A DNA stretch of 55,819 bases from Perkinsus chesapeaki ATCC PRA-425. Lineage: Eukaryota > Protista > Perkinsozoa. Position numbers and translations under genes: made by a program. The notes below the pieces were generated by a model. The model saw only the letters and a list, made by a program, of their open reading frames with translations. It made no database searches and was not told where the DNA came from. Every line of letters begins with the position of its first letter. The stretch's first letter is position 1. The DNA lies in the NCBI GenBank assembly GCA_013115145.1, contig JAAPAO010000189.1, forward strand, positions 1 through 55,819, read 5' to 3'. Of the stretch, positions 12,630 to 24,430 are shown piece by piece.

Positions 12630-14400
12630 TTACATGCCCATCGACAGTGGGTAACGGTGCTGGTTCCGATCCGAGGATGAGTGGTGGGTATGAAGCAAGC
12701 AAAGCTCGGTTGCTCGGCCGGGGCTAGGGATAGTTTGTACAAGCGAATCAGTATACATAGTTACGAGCGAAGGCTTGACAAAGGGAAGGTAAGGGCATTT
12801 TTGAAGGTCAACAACGGGCATTGAGAGAGACATACTCGAATCAGGATAATCGTAATCCTGGTTAGGGAAAATAAATTGCCCACCGATGAAGGTATTCCTA
12901 TTATTATAATACTTTAAACTCTAGATTTATTGTAATGGACAATAACAGAAGGCTGATGTGCTACTTTCTAGCACAATTGATGATGAGAATTCTCATCACA
13001 ACTTATCATTCAATCACGATTACGTGATCGATCCAATAGGACTCATAAAAGCAGACTGCAGGCCTGCAGTTGACGATACAGGTGTCTGAGCAGGAAGAAA
13101 ATATACCCCGGGTGGGATTCGAACCCACGGAAGAGCTAGTAGAGTGAAATCATTCCCTTACTTGTGGGCTGTTGAGAGAGGCTTCTTCTGTTTGCTGCTG
13201 TATGTTTGGAGAGCCAAAAGGCGAGGAAGTGAACGACGAACAACATGAAGCTGCTGCTGAGTTGCTCTCGTTTGTCGATCCACTACAGTCTTCTTCTTTC
13301 TGCTTTACCGTTGCTGAAACTGGCATGCGCGTCGAGAAATAGGAGCCTATAATAATGAATATAGTTAGAAATAATAAAGCCCAGACTTACGGGTGATAGT
13401 CAGAACTCTCGGACCAACAGTATGAGGTTTAATAATAATAGCAGCATCACCGTGTCGCAGGCAACAACCACAGACGTCGTCAGTTCCGGTAGTATCAAGT
13501 AGGTTTGGTAATTTAGCATAAGCTAGCCAAATGACGAGTATGAGGGCAGAAGTCGTACCGAGTGTGTAAAGTAAATAAAAAAGGGTTATCCTGAGGTAAT
13601 CGAAAGGTCTAGGGTTCGAATCCCGAGATGGACATTTATCCTACTTGAACGAAGTAGGGCGGAAGTGCTGTGCTGGAGGTGCGGCAAAGCCTATGGGCAG
13701 CCTTGTAGCGGCCTTACTGTTAGGCATCGCTTGCCTAGGAAATGCTCTGAAATGCAGATCACATTCCGTGAAGTGACAGTATTGTCCGCTCAGACACAAA
13801 ATGCTTACTTTGGTCGCTCGTGTCCTCTTAGATTCGATACTATTACTGGCTCAATTTGTGGTTGAGGGATGCCACTTTGTGTAGCAGGAGGGGGCTCACT
13901 TGGTGCTCTGTCTATAGCTCTGGGAGCTTTATCGGCGGGTTGCAAGAAATGATTACTATCAGTATTCAATGCTTCAACCTATACCAAGTTAACTGTTTTG
14001 TTGATAGTTATTGTTACTCTATGATGATGATGATGTTCGTAATGGTGGGTTTTCTGTGCCCCTCGGTGGTGAGCTCTCTTCGACCTGATAGACAGTCTCA
14101 CTGCTTAATTTTTACGCTAATCACTCGAGCTCCTCTCTACACATTCTAGTAATTGCGGATTTGTAAGTACTATTTCGAGATGTGATGATTCATTCGGCAA
14201 TAAGATCTTTCGAGAAACCGAGCAACCTTGGATACAACTTTTGTCCAACTAGTCCATCAATAAAGAGTTCAACACCTATAAGCAAACCGACCACGAAAGT
14301 TTCCGTGTAGCAGAACGATGTCCTCGAAATGACTTTGCCGAATGTCGTCGTTCAGATTCGCTAAGTACGCATAAATAGTAGTTCAGAGTCTTATAAATGC
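12630..14400 (-). CDS. Multi-exon low-complexity (Ser/Pro-rich) hypothetical protein
   Basis: Exons such as VEALNTDSNHFLQPADKAPRAIDRAPSEPPPATQSG... and MPVSATVKQKEEDCSG...SLNSPQ|TPVSSTAG; intron 13161-13086 joins in frame. Ends uncertain. Confidence 0.5.
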
Positions 14401-14503
14401 ATTTCCTATGAGAATATCTCATTGAGAAGTGATACAAATAATGTAACAGTAAGTGCATAGATTAACAAATAGTAGACCAAACAATAAACCTCTTGTATTA
14501 GAC

Positions 14504-14576
14504 GGTCCTGTAGCTCAGTGGTTAGAGCGACGGTCTTATGAGCCGTAGGTCGTGGGTTCAATCCCCGCCGGGACTA
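14504..14576 (+). tRNA. tRNA-Ile(TAT): tRNA-Ile, anticodon TAT, intronless
   Basis: GGTCCTG acceptor stem pairs with CGGGACT plus discriminator A; A-box TAGCTCAGTGG; anticodon arm ACGGT-CTTATGA-GCCGT; B-box GGTTCAATCC; 73 nt. Confidence 0.95.
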
Positions 14577-14883
14577 GTCCCCTTTGTGCTATAAAGCCAT
14601 GTATTGAAAGATATTCCACAGTATTAACGGACTGGTTGTATATATTTTAATATTTTATAGTCCAAATATATAGTTCCATTTCCCTTACTTATTATTGACT
14701 ATATCTCCTCCTTCTACTTTATAAATGGCCATCATCACTATTGATGGCAGCAGCGCATAAAATGGCCTTTTCATTTGCGCAAGGATCGGACCTGGGTCGC
14801 CAAGCAACCTGCGCAGATGCGCTGAGAAACCAATAAGATTGCAAGATTTGCCAAGATTTGCACGTATCAAGTTTATATTTGAA

Positions 14884-15989
14884 ATGACAGGTGCAAAAGA
14901 GGAGCCTTTTTGCTTTGATAGATTCCCGCCATTTTATACGTAATAATCAATATTGATGAGATTGCAAAATTTACTTTTCAGATTGCAACCTAATCTCACT
15001 GTGAGAAAGAGGCAAATAGGTCTATGGCGGGATCGAGTACTGGAAATATGTAATAGCTAGAGGTGTCAGAAAAGTAATATAATATCAGGTAAAAAGAACA
15101 AGAGGACCTTTCTCGATATATCAGTGCAGTCTGCTCCGCTCGTTGGAGAAGTTTTTGGCAACCGGGAAATTAAACGTAATAATAACGAAGAGCGTTCTGA
15201 GAATGAGTTTGGGCAGCTGGACTATCGACAAATCGGGGATGTTTCAAAAGGATATCTCCCGTGAAGGAATCATAAAATAATGTTTATTTTGGAAGTGCAT
15301 TACTCTTACTTCCACGAATCTATTCGTATTTTCCCGCGAAGCATATTATCGAGAAAACGCAATGGAAAGACAATATTAAACACCCGCATTAATATTCGTT
15401 CGAAAATTATATGGTACTTAATAACCAATTAAATATGATTGTAAATAAACTTCCGTTAATGTTTGATTTTCCTAAAAACAAATTTCGGCAGGTCAACTCG
15501 ACGTCGAGGGAATACGGGCAGTACTGACCGATTTGGTATCAACCGACAACGGGCGATGGTGCGATGCTGCCCGAACACGCTTTATGGTAAAAGGGCTTTA
15601 TTTTGGGGGTTATTGACTCCAACTAGGTTTTATGGCACACACCAGCTGAGTGGGGGCAGATTATATATGATTGGGTAATAAAGGGAGGAGGAGTGGTAGT
15701 AACATATTTAGTAGGCAACCAATACGGGGAAGTTGGGATCTGTTGAGACAGTGTTTTCACTTCACAGTGGAGAGGACTCGGAAGGTGCAGGTAATAAATG
15801 AAGTCACTGGGGTTCGAACCTGGGTGTATCGAATGACAGCATGACTTTCTTTCCTCTATGGTAGAATTCCACGGACTTCCTCCAGAGGTTATAATACTTG
15901 GATTGGAGAATCTTGAGCTCACCGGAAAGTGCGAGATTTTCCGGGGAAATACGACTGATGCCACCGGTGTTAAATTCTTTACTCAATGA
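14884..15989 (+). CDS. VPS25: ESCRT-II subunit VPS25, 7 exons
   Basis: Exons 14884-14939, 14982-15049, 15089-15175, 15492-15586, 15627-15674, 15715-15790, 15865-15989 give ...FPPFYTLQPNLTVRKRQIGLW...FGNREIKRQLDVEGI...VLWHTPAEWGQIIYDW...GEDSEGAEFHGL...TGVKFFTQ*. All are hallmark VPS25 motifs; all six introns GT-AG. Confidence 0.93.
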
Positions 15990-16643
15990 TTTTTGCAGTT
16001 TCTTTATAGTGCGAAAGATTCCTCTTTGGTTCAAATGAGTTTAATGGTGGTGAAAAGATACTCGGGCTCTCTTCCATTAAAAAATGAACATGATAGCGGG
16101 TTGGAGCTTTATCAGGTGAATGGTTGCTTGGTTAGTATATTTCGATCTTAAAAAATACTTTCTATAAAAAATTGTATTTACGATGCATTACTTGCCCACG
16201 TCTCTTTTTCGTTTCACGATAGTGCACCGAGAATTATATGCATTAATTGTAGCGAATTAGGTTGAACGGTGTCATATAGAGGAATGTTACTCGGCAGGGT
16301 TTTAAATGGTGTTGCTTCAATGATCATTCAAATTGATATTTTGTTAGTAATGGGTTCAAATATAGTGTTTCAATGTTAAGTATAAATTATTCATTATTGC
16401 AAAATTGTTAACAACAGCGAAGAAATAAGAATATATCTGGACAGGTTAAAGATGACCTAACTCAGTAAGGTTACAGGTTTCTGACTTGAGGATACTTTCA
16501 TTACATGAAACTGTTGAAAGATACTCCTCAGAATCTTCACAGTGCGCAGTCTGTGGTCAGCCTTTTATAGGTTGGGGTGAGAGGTTTCAGGAAGGATTCG
16601 CTATCTCTCTTTTCAATAATACCCTTCAATTAGTTTGTGTTTA

Positions 16644-18232
16644 ATGTCACATGGTATCCAATGTCAAAGATTCCTACTCAAAAGATACCATTGCACCGCA
16701 CTAGGAATATTTTCGATAACTCACAAGAATTTCGCTGCAGCCAGCAAAGCTTCGAATCCAGCTCAAGCGTGATACACCGCAGTAATTTCGTGGCGCGTGA
16801 CTTGCTATTCAGGTTTGCCCGACGACGGCTAGAGCAATCTAGACAGGCAAAAGGACTTGCGGCTGACGGAAAGCCCCTTCCTGACCGAATAAGTAAATCG
16901 TTGGGTGCCGGGATCGAACCCGGGACCTTCGGTTGTCAGGTTTTGACAAGGACTATTTGGGCCTTCAAGCGGACCTTATGTACAGTCTGAACGATTTGGG
17001 CAGCTCCGCCGCGATTAATACGCCCTCTGGCATTCGAGGATCAATTAATGTGAAATCGATCACGCGATCGATTTGCGAAGTTTCGCTAGGTCCTATTGAA
17101 CCGGGCTGACACCGGTTACGTTCGGAAGATTGTGAAGTTCGCGAACACTGTGACAGGTTCGACGATTCTCACCACAACCGGATTTTATTTTTTGGATTAC
17201 GTAAAAAAATTTTGTGAAATTTTCGGAAAATAATCTAATTCTTCAGATGGATGGTTATGATACAATTCCATTTATCACGGCATTGGCGACCATGTGGGTC
17301 GGTAAGCTCGACTGGCGGAGCTGGGAATCTTGGTGAATCTTTCGCACTGTATAGGTTTGCATGTCTACCTTACTACATATATTTCCCGTATAGTGGTTGA
17401 TACAGGGAAAGCTCAGATGGCTGTGAGAGCGCATAGCTTATCGGGGAAGCCAAGCAGACCGATAGTGGTAAGAGTGGAGGATTAGAGTAGCGGTTAAGAT
17501 CCTGGATTGGATACCTTTCGGTCTCTGGTTCGATTCTATGGTGGTATATTTTTAGTTTCCCGTACATGGTATGGAGAAGGTTGAAGTTGGAGATAAATAT
17601 ATCAGATTTCGGACCAAAAAAGAGTTCTGGACGATTTCAAGAATCTTCCCGTTTCGCGTACCGAGGATGCATACCATCTCAGGTAAGGAGGGATGTTTGT
17701 CTGTATGGGAGGTATGTGTTTATAATATAACTGTTGACAATGTTTCTATCACCATTCAGCTATTCATGTCTTAAATCCCACAAGTGACAGAAATGAGTAA
17801 ATACGTTATCGTTTATGGGATTGTAGATGTTGGCCATCACATAAATACATGTAATGGCTCCAGAAGGAGGAGGAGGATCCACACTTTTCGAGATGATAAA
17901 CCTAGGAATATTCGTTGACGGTTACCAAGAGCAAGCATGAAGCTAAGAAATGTTTTTCAGATTCAGACAGATATGAGAACCTCTCCAAGGACTTGGTCAC
18001 AACATCTGATCTTGGTCAGGATTATTTCCAACTTAACAACACTGCGGTTTCAACCCAAGTCATGCATCCTGGCCTTCCAGCCTTGGCGACATCTGACGCG
18101 GAGAGGAACGATGGAAAGCGAACTAAGTTCTTGGGTGCCGGCGTTGGTGTAACGAATGGCCCTCCTTATGCCGAATTCGATGGGAAGATGTCTCCAAATG
18201 ATGGTAAGGATAATATTGACTTTCAGCTCTAA
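16644..18232 (+). CDS. Multi-exon hypothetical protein, possibly organelle-targeted
   Basis: MSHGIQCQRFLLKRYHC...ASNPAQA|FARRRLEQSRQAKGL...; several GT-AG introns; terminal exon ORF ends at 18232. Full frame not resolved. Confidence 0.45.
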
Positions 18233-18539
18233 AATATTATTAGTATTCCTCAGAGGAATTGTCATATGATCGTCTCATTAACTCAATAAGTATAGCGCTT
18301 GAGGAAGACTTGGATCGGTCTGTCATCATGCGACTGCTGAGACTTACCGAGACTTGCATTGTGCCGCCGGTGTCCCATTTTCTGAGGGGACACTGTCCCC
18401 TCAGAAAATGAATCTGAAACGGTTTTCATATTTGTTCTCTCTCTCGCAATTAACCTTCGTCGAAGAGAGAATCTCACGCGCGCTCCTTCACGAATGCGGC
18501 GAGTGAAAAGTGTATTATTTTTGATTTGTCATTTTCAGA

Positions 18540-19167
18540 TGAGAAGAATACATTCATCGCGAAGGCATTCTCACCCATCACCAATTGGTGGGATAATATA
18601 TGGAAGGAGGATGAGAAGGAGAGGGTTGCGTCAGTCCGAGGAAAATTCCGTATAGAAAAGTAGTCGAAGATACAAATCGATTACGTGATCGATTATGCAG
18701 GTATAAATATCAGATGCCAGATTCGGCTGATGGGGTTTGGAAAACTGGTGGAATCCCGGAAGTGAGGAATGTTCCCGGGGGGATTCGAACCGGGGACCTC
18801 TCGGTTGTTAGGTTCGCAAGGACGTTTTATCTATACGACTTGGTCGTGACGGTTTTCCGGCGAATTCTGGAGAAGAGAGGAAACTTCTGAGGTTCTTTGA
18901 GGATCCTTTTGGAGATAAAATACAAAAGAAGGATTTACATGTTTGACAAGTGTTGTTTCTGAGGCTACCGGAAGGTCCCGGGTTCGAACCCCAGTGGGGT
19001 TACCCAACAAGAGGAGTCAATTTGACGAGAACAGTCTGAAGATGGCAAGTTGTAACGACCACCTTGTTCACCAAATTAATCGTCTTACTAGCGATACAGG
19101 ACTCACAGTAGACATGAGAGATCGACGAAAAGGCTCTTATTGTGTAGTGGACCTCAACTCCTTCTGA
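18540..19167 (+). CDS. Multi-exon hypothetical protein fragment
   Basis: Exon-like segments DEKNTFIAKAFSPITNWWDNIWKEDEKE and YKYQMPDSADGVWKTGGIPE bounded by AG/GT; last ORF ends at 19167. Confidence 0.35.
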
Positions 19168-19439
19168 GAGAGTTCATGTGTGACACAAACGGATGATGAA
19201 CGGAGAAGTTCTATCTTATCATCATCGAATATGTGACGTCTCTTCTATAGACTATCTCCTCATACGACTTTTACTCATATACTTTACATCATCATAACTT
19301 ATAATATTAGACAACATAAATGTAGATAATCAAGAAGCGCCTAATTGTATTATTTTTAGTAGCGTGAGGCACATACTACTGAAGGAACAAATCCAAGCTT
19401 AATATGCGTTTCCACTGAAACCGGTGCTACTGGAAACTT

Positions 19440-20430
19440 TCCAGGAACACTACGAGGACGTCTCCGGCTCTGTTCCCACATATAAATAAATCACAACTCG
19501 TTCGTCGTCCTTGAACTAGCCCCATAAATGGACCATCATCGAGGCTCCCGGCGGCGGTCCCGCGTGAGTAGCGTAACTGCAAGTCACGATCGTCTAAATG
19601 AGTTCACTACACCACTCCAAGATCTAATTAGTAAAAGCCAAATTAGTTGAAGCCCAGAAAAAAATGATACTTTCCCAGATCAATTTAGCAACTTGCTCAC
19701 CATGATTTCGATAAAGCTGCCTATACCATTTCACGCACAAGTGCATCACGTACGTTAAATGGGTTTCAGACTGCAACAGACAGCATTTGGTCCGATCAAC
19801 TTCGCCGATTGTGAGTCATGATTTGTGATCAACCTGTTGCTTTTAGTAGTAAGATGAGGTTACTAGGGTGACGATGTGGGTTACTAACCTCCATCATCAC
19901 GTGGGTAGTGATGAGAATTCACTGACGCAAACGATGACAGAGGAGGCGTATCAAGCATCCACCGCAGAATTGATATCTGATGGTGCATTGAGCCTCCGTC
20001 CGCTCTGGTCACGAAATTGGCCTGGGCTTCTACTAATCTGTTCTGGGTTATATTAACTTGTTCTGGGCTTTTACTAATTTGTTCTGGGTTATATTAATTT
20101 GCTCTGGGCTTTCACTAATTAAATCTTGCAATGGTATAGTTTTTGAGAAGTCACTAATCTGGTGGCTTCGACCCAATCCATACCAGTGATCGATGCCATA
20201 TGAACAAAGCAAGATATCCCTAGAGGTGTATAAAGCCGTGAGACTTTCTTTCATCTAATGAGGTGCCCCATCGACTGCGTTGATATTGTTGACCCTTGAG
20301 CACCCTCTGTAGCACCAGCACCACGCATAAACGCCTTTGCCGCCATCATAATCGTAATCTCCAGATCTATACGGCTCCTGAAGTGTCCAGCTGGACGTAG
20401 CTGCTCGAGATTTTGCTCCTCATAAAGCTC
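19440..20430 (-). pseudogene. Possible decayed non-LTR reverse-transcriptase fragment interrupted by the MITE
   Basis: Joining the MITE flanks gives ...ISDFSK|THLDDRDLQLRYSRGTAAGSLDDGPFM..., loosely like RT RG.PQGS.LGP; stops present; weak. Confidence 0.3.
19605..20141. mobile_element. Non-autonomous CACTA-like/MITE element, degenerate
   Basis: 35-bp TIRs matching 29/35: left CACTACACCACTCCAAGATCTAATTAGTAAAAGCC; right reverse complement AACTATACCATTGCAAGATTTAATTAGTGAAAGCC. Subterminal repeats of ATTAGT..AAGCCCAGA in opposite orientation at both ends; TSD unclear. Confidence 0.6.
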
Positions 20431-20876
20431 ATGTCATTTTCTGTTCTGGAATACTGCAAGTGTCTCAATTAAGCATGTTGTTAGCAAAACCATAGGAGCT
20501 TCTTCGCACACGTGAGCACTAGAACAGCTACAGCTTACACAGATGGAGAACAACAATTGCTGCACTAGAGAGCTCAACTAAAGCACGTAACTTTGCCCAA
20601 CGGTAAATCACCACCGCATCTCCCACGTATCAAGGCTACCGGCATGAGCCTGCCTTCGCTGGAAATAATGCCTATTATCGATCACATCTAAGACTTGGAT
20701 GCTCACAAACTGATACGAACTCAACATGGTGAGTTGTAGGATTAGACTTATATCCTAGATAAGAAGTTGCCGAGTAACGCTTACGAGTAAGCGAAGATGG
20801 GAGAGTCATATGACCAAACCTATGGCACTGGCCATTAAGGTTCGGAATGACCTTTAGCGGAAAAGGGGGGACAGGT

Positions 20877-21362
20877 TTAATTGGACATATCCTTTTGGAC
20901 ATTAGCGTCCGTAGAGTTGGTTTCGACCTTGCGCAGGTTATCATCCGATTCTCCGTTGCACCTGGAAAGTAATCGAGGAACATTATTTATGATAAGCTGC
21001 AGTTCATCGGTCTTATCATAATGTAACATGGCCGCGAACTGTTGCTTAGTAAAGTAAAAACCGTGAAAATCTCTGTCCATGACGAAGGGCTGTGGGGCGT
21101 CGGCGCATGGGTTATAATGCATAGGGACATCCTTTAAACCACGCTTGTTCCTCCACCAGGGTGCGAACCATCGCCAGTTGTACTGTTGATACTCCATAGT
21201 GGTGTTGTTGGGGATAGTGACCTCATGACGAACGTAAAGCTTCTTCAAGGAAGAGCCATAACTTATCTCTATGCAGTACTTAGCAGGGAGCTTGTCTAGA
21301 AGGCCACCAAAGACGGAGATTACGAGTAGCAGAGGAGATAGGATACGAGTAGCAGAAAGCAT
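20877..21362 (-). CDS. Secreted hypothetical protein, paralog A (161 aa)
   Basis: Signal-like MLSATRILSPLLLVISVFG; intronless; near-identical to 24431-24916. Confidence 0.75.
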   Translation of the reverse strand: MLSATRILSPLLLVISVFGGLLDKLPAKYCIEISYGSSLKKLYVRHEVTIPNNTTMEYQQYNWRWFAPWWRNKRGLKDVPMHYNPCADAPQPFVMDRDFHGFYFTKQQFAAMLHYDKTDELQLIINNVPRLLSRCNGESDDNLRKVETNSTDANVQKDMSN

Positions 21363-23064
21363 TGGGGAAAAGGCTGGTTACTGACAACAAGTGTAGTCCA
21401 TTAGCTCACGAGGACACTAGTAAGCTTCACAACGGAAGTAAACAAGTATATGCGGGAAAAGCTAAGACGATGAGGAAGAACCCCAATCCGCTGGAACAGC
21501 GAGAAGAGCTAATTGGGTAGTTGTTCAGAACTTGGGGGATGCCACGTCGCACGATATGTCACGTCACAGGCTATGTCATGTCGCATGACGCTGGGAGGCA
21601 GAGAGTTGATCACGTTGGATTAGCCGCGATGCTTTAGAAGTGATGGGAGATTCAACTTGTACTGACGCCGTGTGGATGATTCGTACACTCGGAGCATCTC
21701 GACACCAACACTGCTTCTTTACCAGAAGACAATGATTTGAAACAGCCCTATAAGTTGCACTATACCGCTAAAAGGTGCGTGTTCCTCGAATGTTATTAGC
21801 AAGGATCACAGTCGCCCGGGACGATCACTAATTGTCGAATGCTTGCCTATTAGTAACACCGAATACGGATAGTTTCATCAGCTTAAGATCGATGTAACGG
21901 AGGTTCACCGACGACAGTCGGAACCGTGAGAACAGGGAGGATAGAGCTCTCGAGTGGTAGGAATATTGAAAGCGACAGTGATGACCATAATAATGTTAGC
22001 TGATTCAGTTTGTTCATGGATCCTAACATAACTGTAAACAGTCATGATATGGTGAGGTTGATAATCCAATGAAGGCGACTCGGCCTTCGCCCAGCTGCTC
22101 CATCGATGCGTGTTCGTTTTTCCAATTGGCGCACAATGAGCCGCTGATTCTTTCAAAGAAGAAATCTCTGATAACGAGCTCGTTTGAACCCCAACACCAC
22201 ATTCGACAGCAAGCGAATCATCACAGCGAATCTTGTGTATCTTATGGTAATGGTCTAAATGTGCCAAGTTGAAATTTCAGGGGTGTGAAACGCGCAGGCA
22301 TGCTGTTGGCGGGGAGGAGGGCGAGAAAGGCGTTTGTCACCACGAAGGACTTCTGCGCGGGAAAAGCAAACACGGAAAGTTGGACAGATACGAGATAGCT
22401 GACTCGCGAAACTCGACCTAATTCTTTCTGGAGCAGTTAGAGGCTCTAAACCGCTCCCTAGTGACGGCTTGAACACTCTAGACATGTGTTTCCCATTATC
22501 TTTGGCTGGTGGTGAAACCGGTCACCAATATGAACAAGGATATCAAGCACAGAGTCTTAGAATCCTCTTGGCAATGATTATCGTGAATCCTATTACACGC
22601 AAGGGCACAGCCCCCTGTTAACTCAGGATCTCGAGTGGTCAACCCAATAAATAGATTATGGCAAATAGAAGGTCACCGACGACCCCAGGAGGCCATCAAT
22701 ATTCACAAACTCCAATTACTATATTCAAACTACAATATTGAGGACTTCGACAAACAGATGGGAGACGAAGAGCGGCGTTCACATGGCACCCCGGCCGGCC
22801 ACTGTGCCGGACACACTGTGAGGGGTAACACCAATAAAGGGCGAGGGAGTTAGTTACATCGTGCAAATAGCTTTAATGATTGATTCCCATTGCAAACTAG
22901 TTCGACAACAGGAAACCAAGTCTTTTGTTTCGTCTCATAGTTCCACGGCGAGCCAATGAGATGTAGCATACCTTAATCTTGCATTCTTTCACCAATGACG
23001 TCTCCGCTCGAAATAACACTTCCACCGTCCGTGTGTCGTCTTGTTTGTGTTCTATTATAAACCA

Positions 23065-23604
23065 ATGAGAACCTTCAAACGTATTTATGTCATCGCTATG
23101 CTATGTTATGCTGTTGTGGGAGATGTGCCATTGTTAGACTCAATTGATGAAGTCTTGCAGCTCGGAGAGGTCGAACTCGAAAGACAGGACAAGGATTGCC
23201 CCGAAATCCATCGCGTGTTCGCGAAGTTCACTGGCTCTCGCTTCAAAATGGACGTGATGCTGAAAATGACATTGAAGACATCAGCGAAGGGAGCTAGGCC
23301 TCCCAGCTATAGTACTTATTCCTTCACGAGCCCCATTAAGATGTTTCAAGATGGCCAGGAGGAAAGCTATTGGGTTTCATTGGACGATACTGCTGAACAG
23401 GAGAGAATGCTTGGCATAACAAATGCCTCTGTTGAAGATACCGTTATCTTGAACGAAGCATTTAAGTTTTGGATCAAAGTCGACAAAGATTTGCTCTGGG
23501 TGGTTTTGGAGTTTGCTGAGAAGGATAAGGAACCTTCTTGCCAATACGCGATGTACAAGAAGGCTTCATCAATCATGTCCCACTTGAATAGTCTACGGCT
23601 TTAA
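23065..23604 (+). CDS. Intronless secreted hypothetical protein (179 aa)
   Basis: ATG at 23065 gives MRTFKRIYVIAMLCYAVVG (signal-like); open to TAA. Confidence 0.75.
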   Translation: MRTFKRIYVIAMLCYAVVGDVPLLDSIDEVLQLGEVELERQDKDCPEIHRVFAKFTGSRFKMDVMLKMTLKTSAKGARPPSYSTYSFTSPIKMFQDGQEESYWVSLDDTAEQERMLGITNASVEDTVILNEAFKFWIKVDKDLLWVVLEFAEKDKEPSCQYAMYKKASSIMSHLNSLRL

Positions 23605-24430
23605 CCTTGTTTGATGTAACAGAACAGTGATTGCGTTTACAGACTAAACTAATGTGATAAAAATTGCACTTCACATTATGCAGTTCTACGGTAGGCCCCT
23701 CACCGTACCATCTACGGATTACGAACCGCAAACCGCCCCCTTTTTCACGGGAATCCTACCGAAGCCGATACGCGCGTACGTTAGGGGCCCTAACGTTACT
23801 TTCCTCAACTGTAAATTTCAATCGCCCCTCCCACATTTGAAGGTCACCGGCATGAGTATGCCTTCACCGCATAACGCCTATCATTTATCAATCACTTTTT
23901 AGAGGTTGATGCCTCTGGGCTACAAGTCTAATCTATTTACGTATGAAACTCCTCGGACTCCGAGGAAGGTAGTCTTGAACACGAGTTCAACTGAGTAACT
24001 TACAATAACCAATGTTTGGTATATGGCGAATCGCCATTGGCGGTAACTAGCACAGATTCTGGACTGACTAAGTCCGACTAAGGAGGCCTCAAAGCTTATA
24101 TACTTCTCTAGGGCGGATTCCCTGCGTAGGATATTTAGGTAACCTCTGAGGGCCTCACAGTCGACACTGCTTACAACGCCAAGGCAGATGAGGCTAGTGT
24201 TTCGATGGACCTACTCGTAGCCAGGGCTTTAACTCCGGAACTGTGATCAGAATTCCACTTCACTTATAACGAACTCAACATGGTGAGTTGTAGGATAAGA
24301 GTTATGTCCTAAATAAAAAGTTGCCGAGTAACGCTTACGAGTAAGCGAAGATGGGAGAGTCATATGACCAAACCTATGGCACTGGCCATTAAGGTTCGGA
24401 ATGACCTTTAGCGGAAAAGGGGGGACAGGT

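Noticed and set aside
14504-14576. Dada transposon insertion (tRNA-targeting, 6-7 bp TSD)
   Set aside because: The tRNA is intact, and the 7-bp-TSD element has long TIRs, Chapaev motifs and a non-tRNA target.
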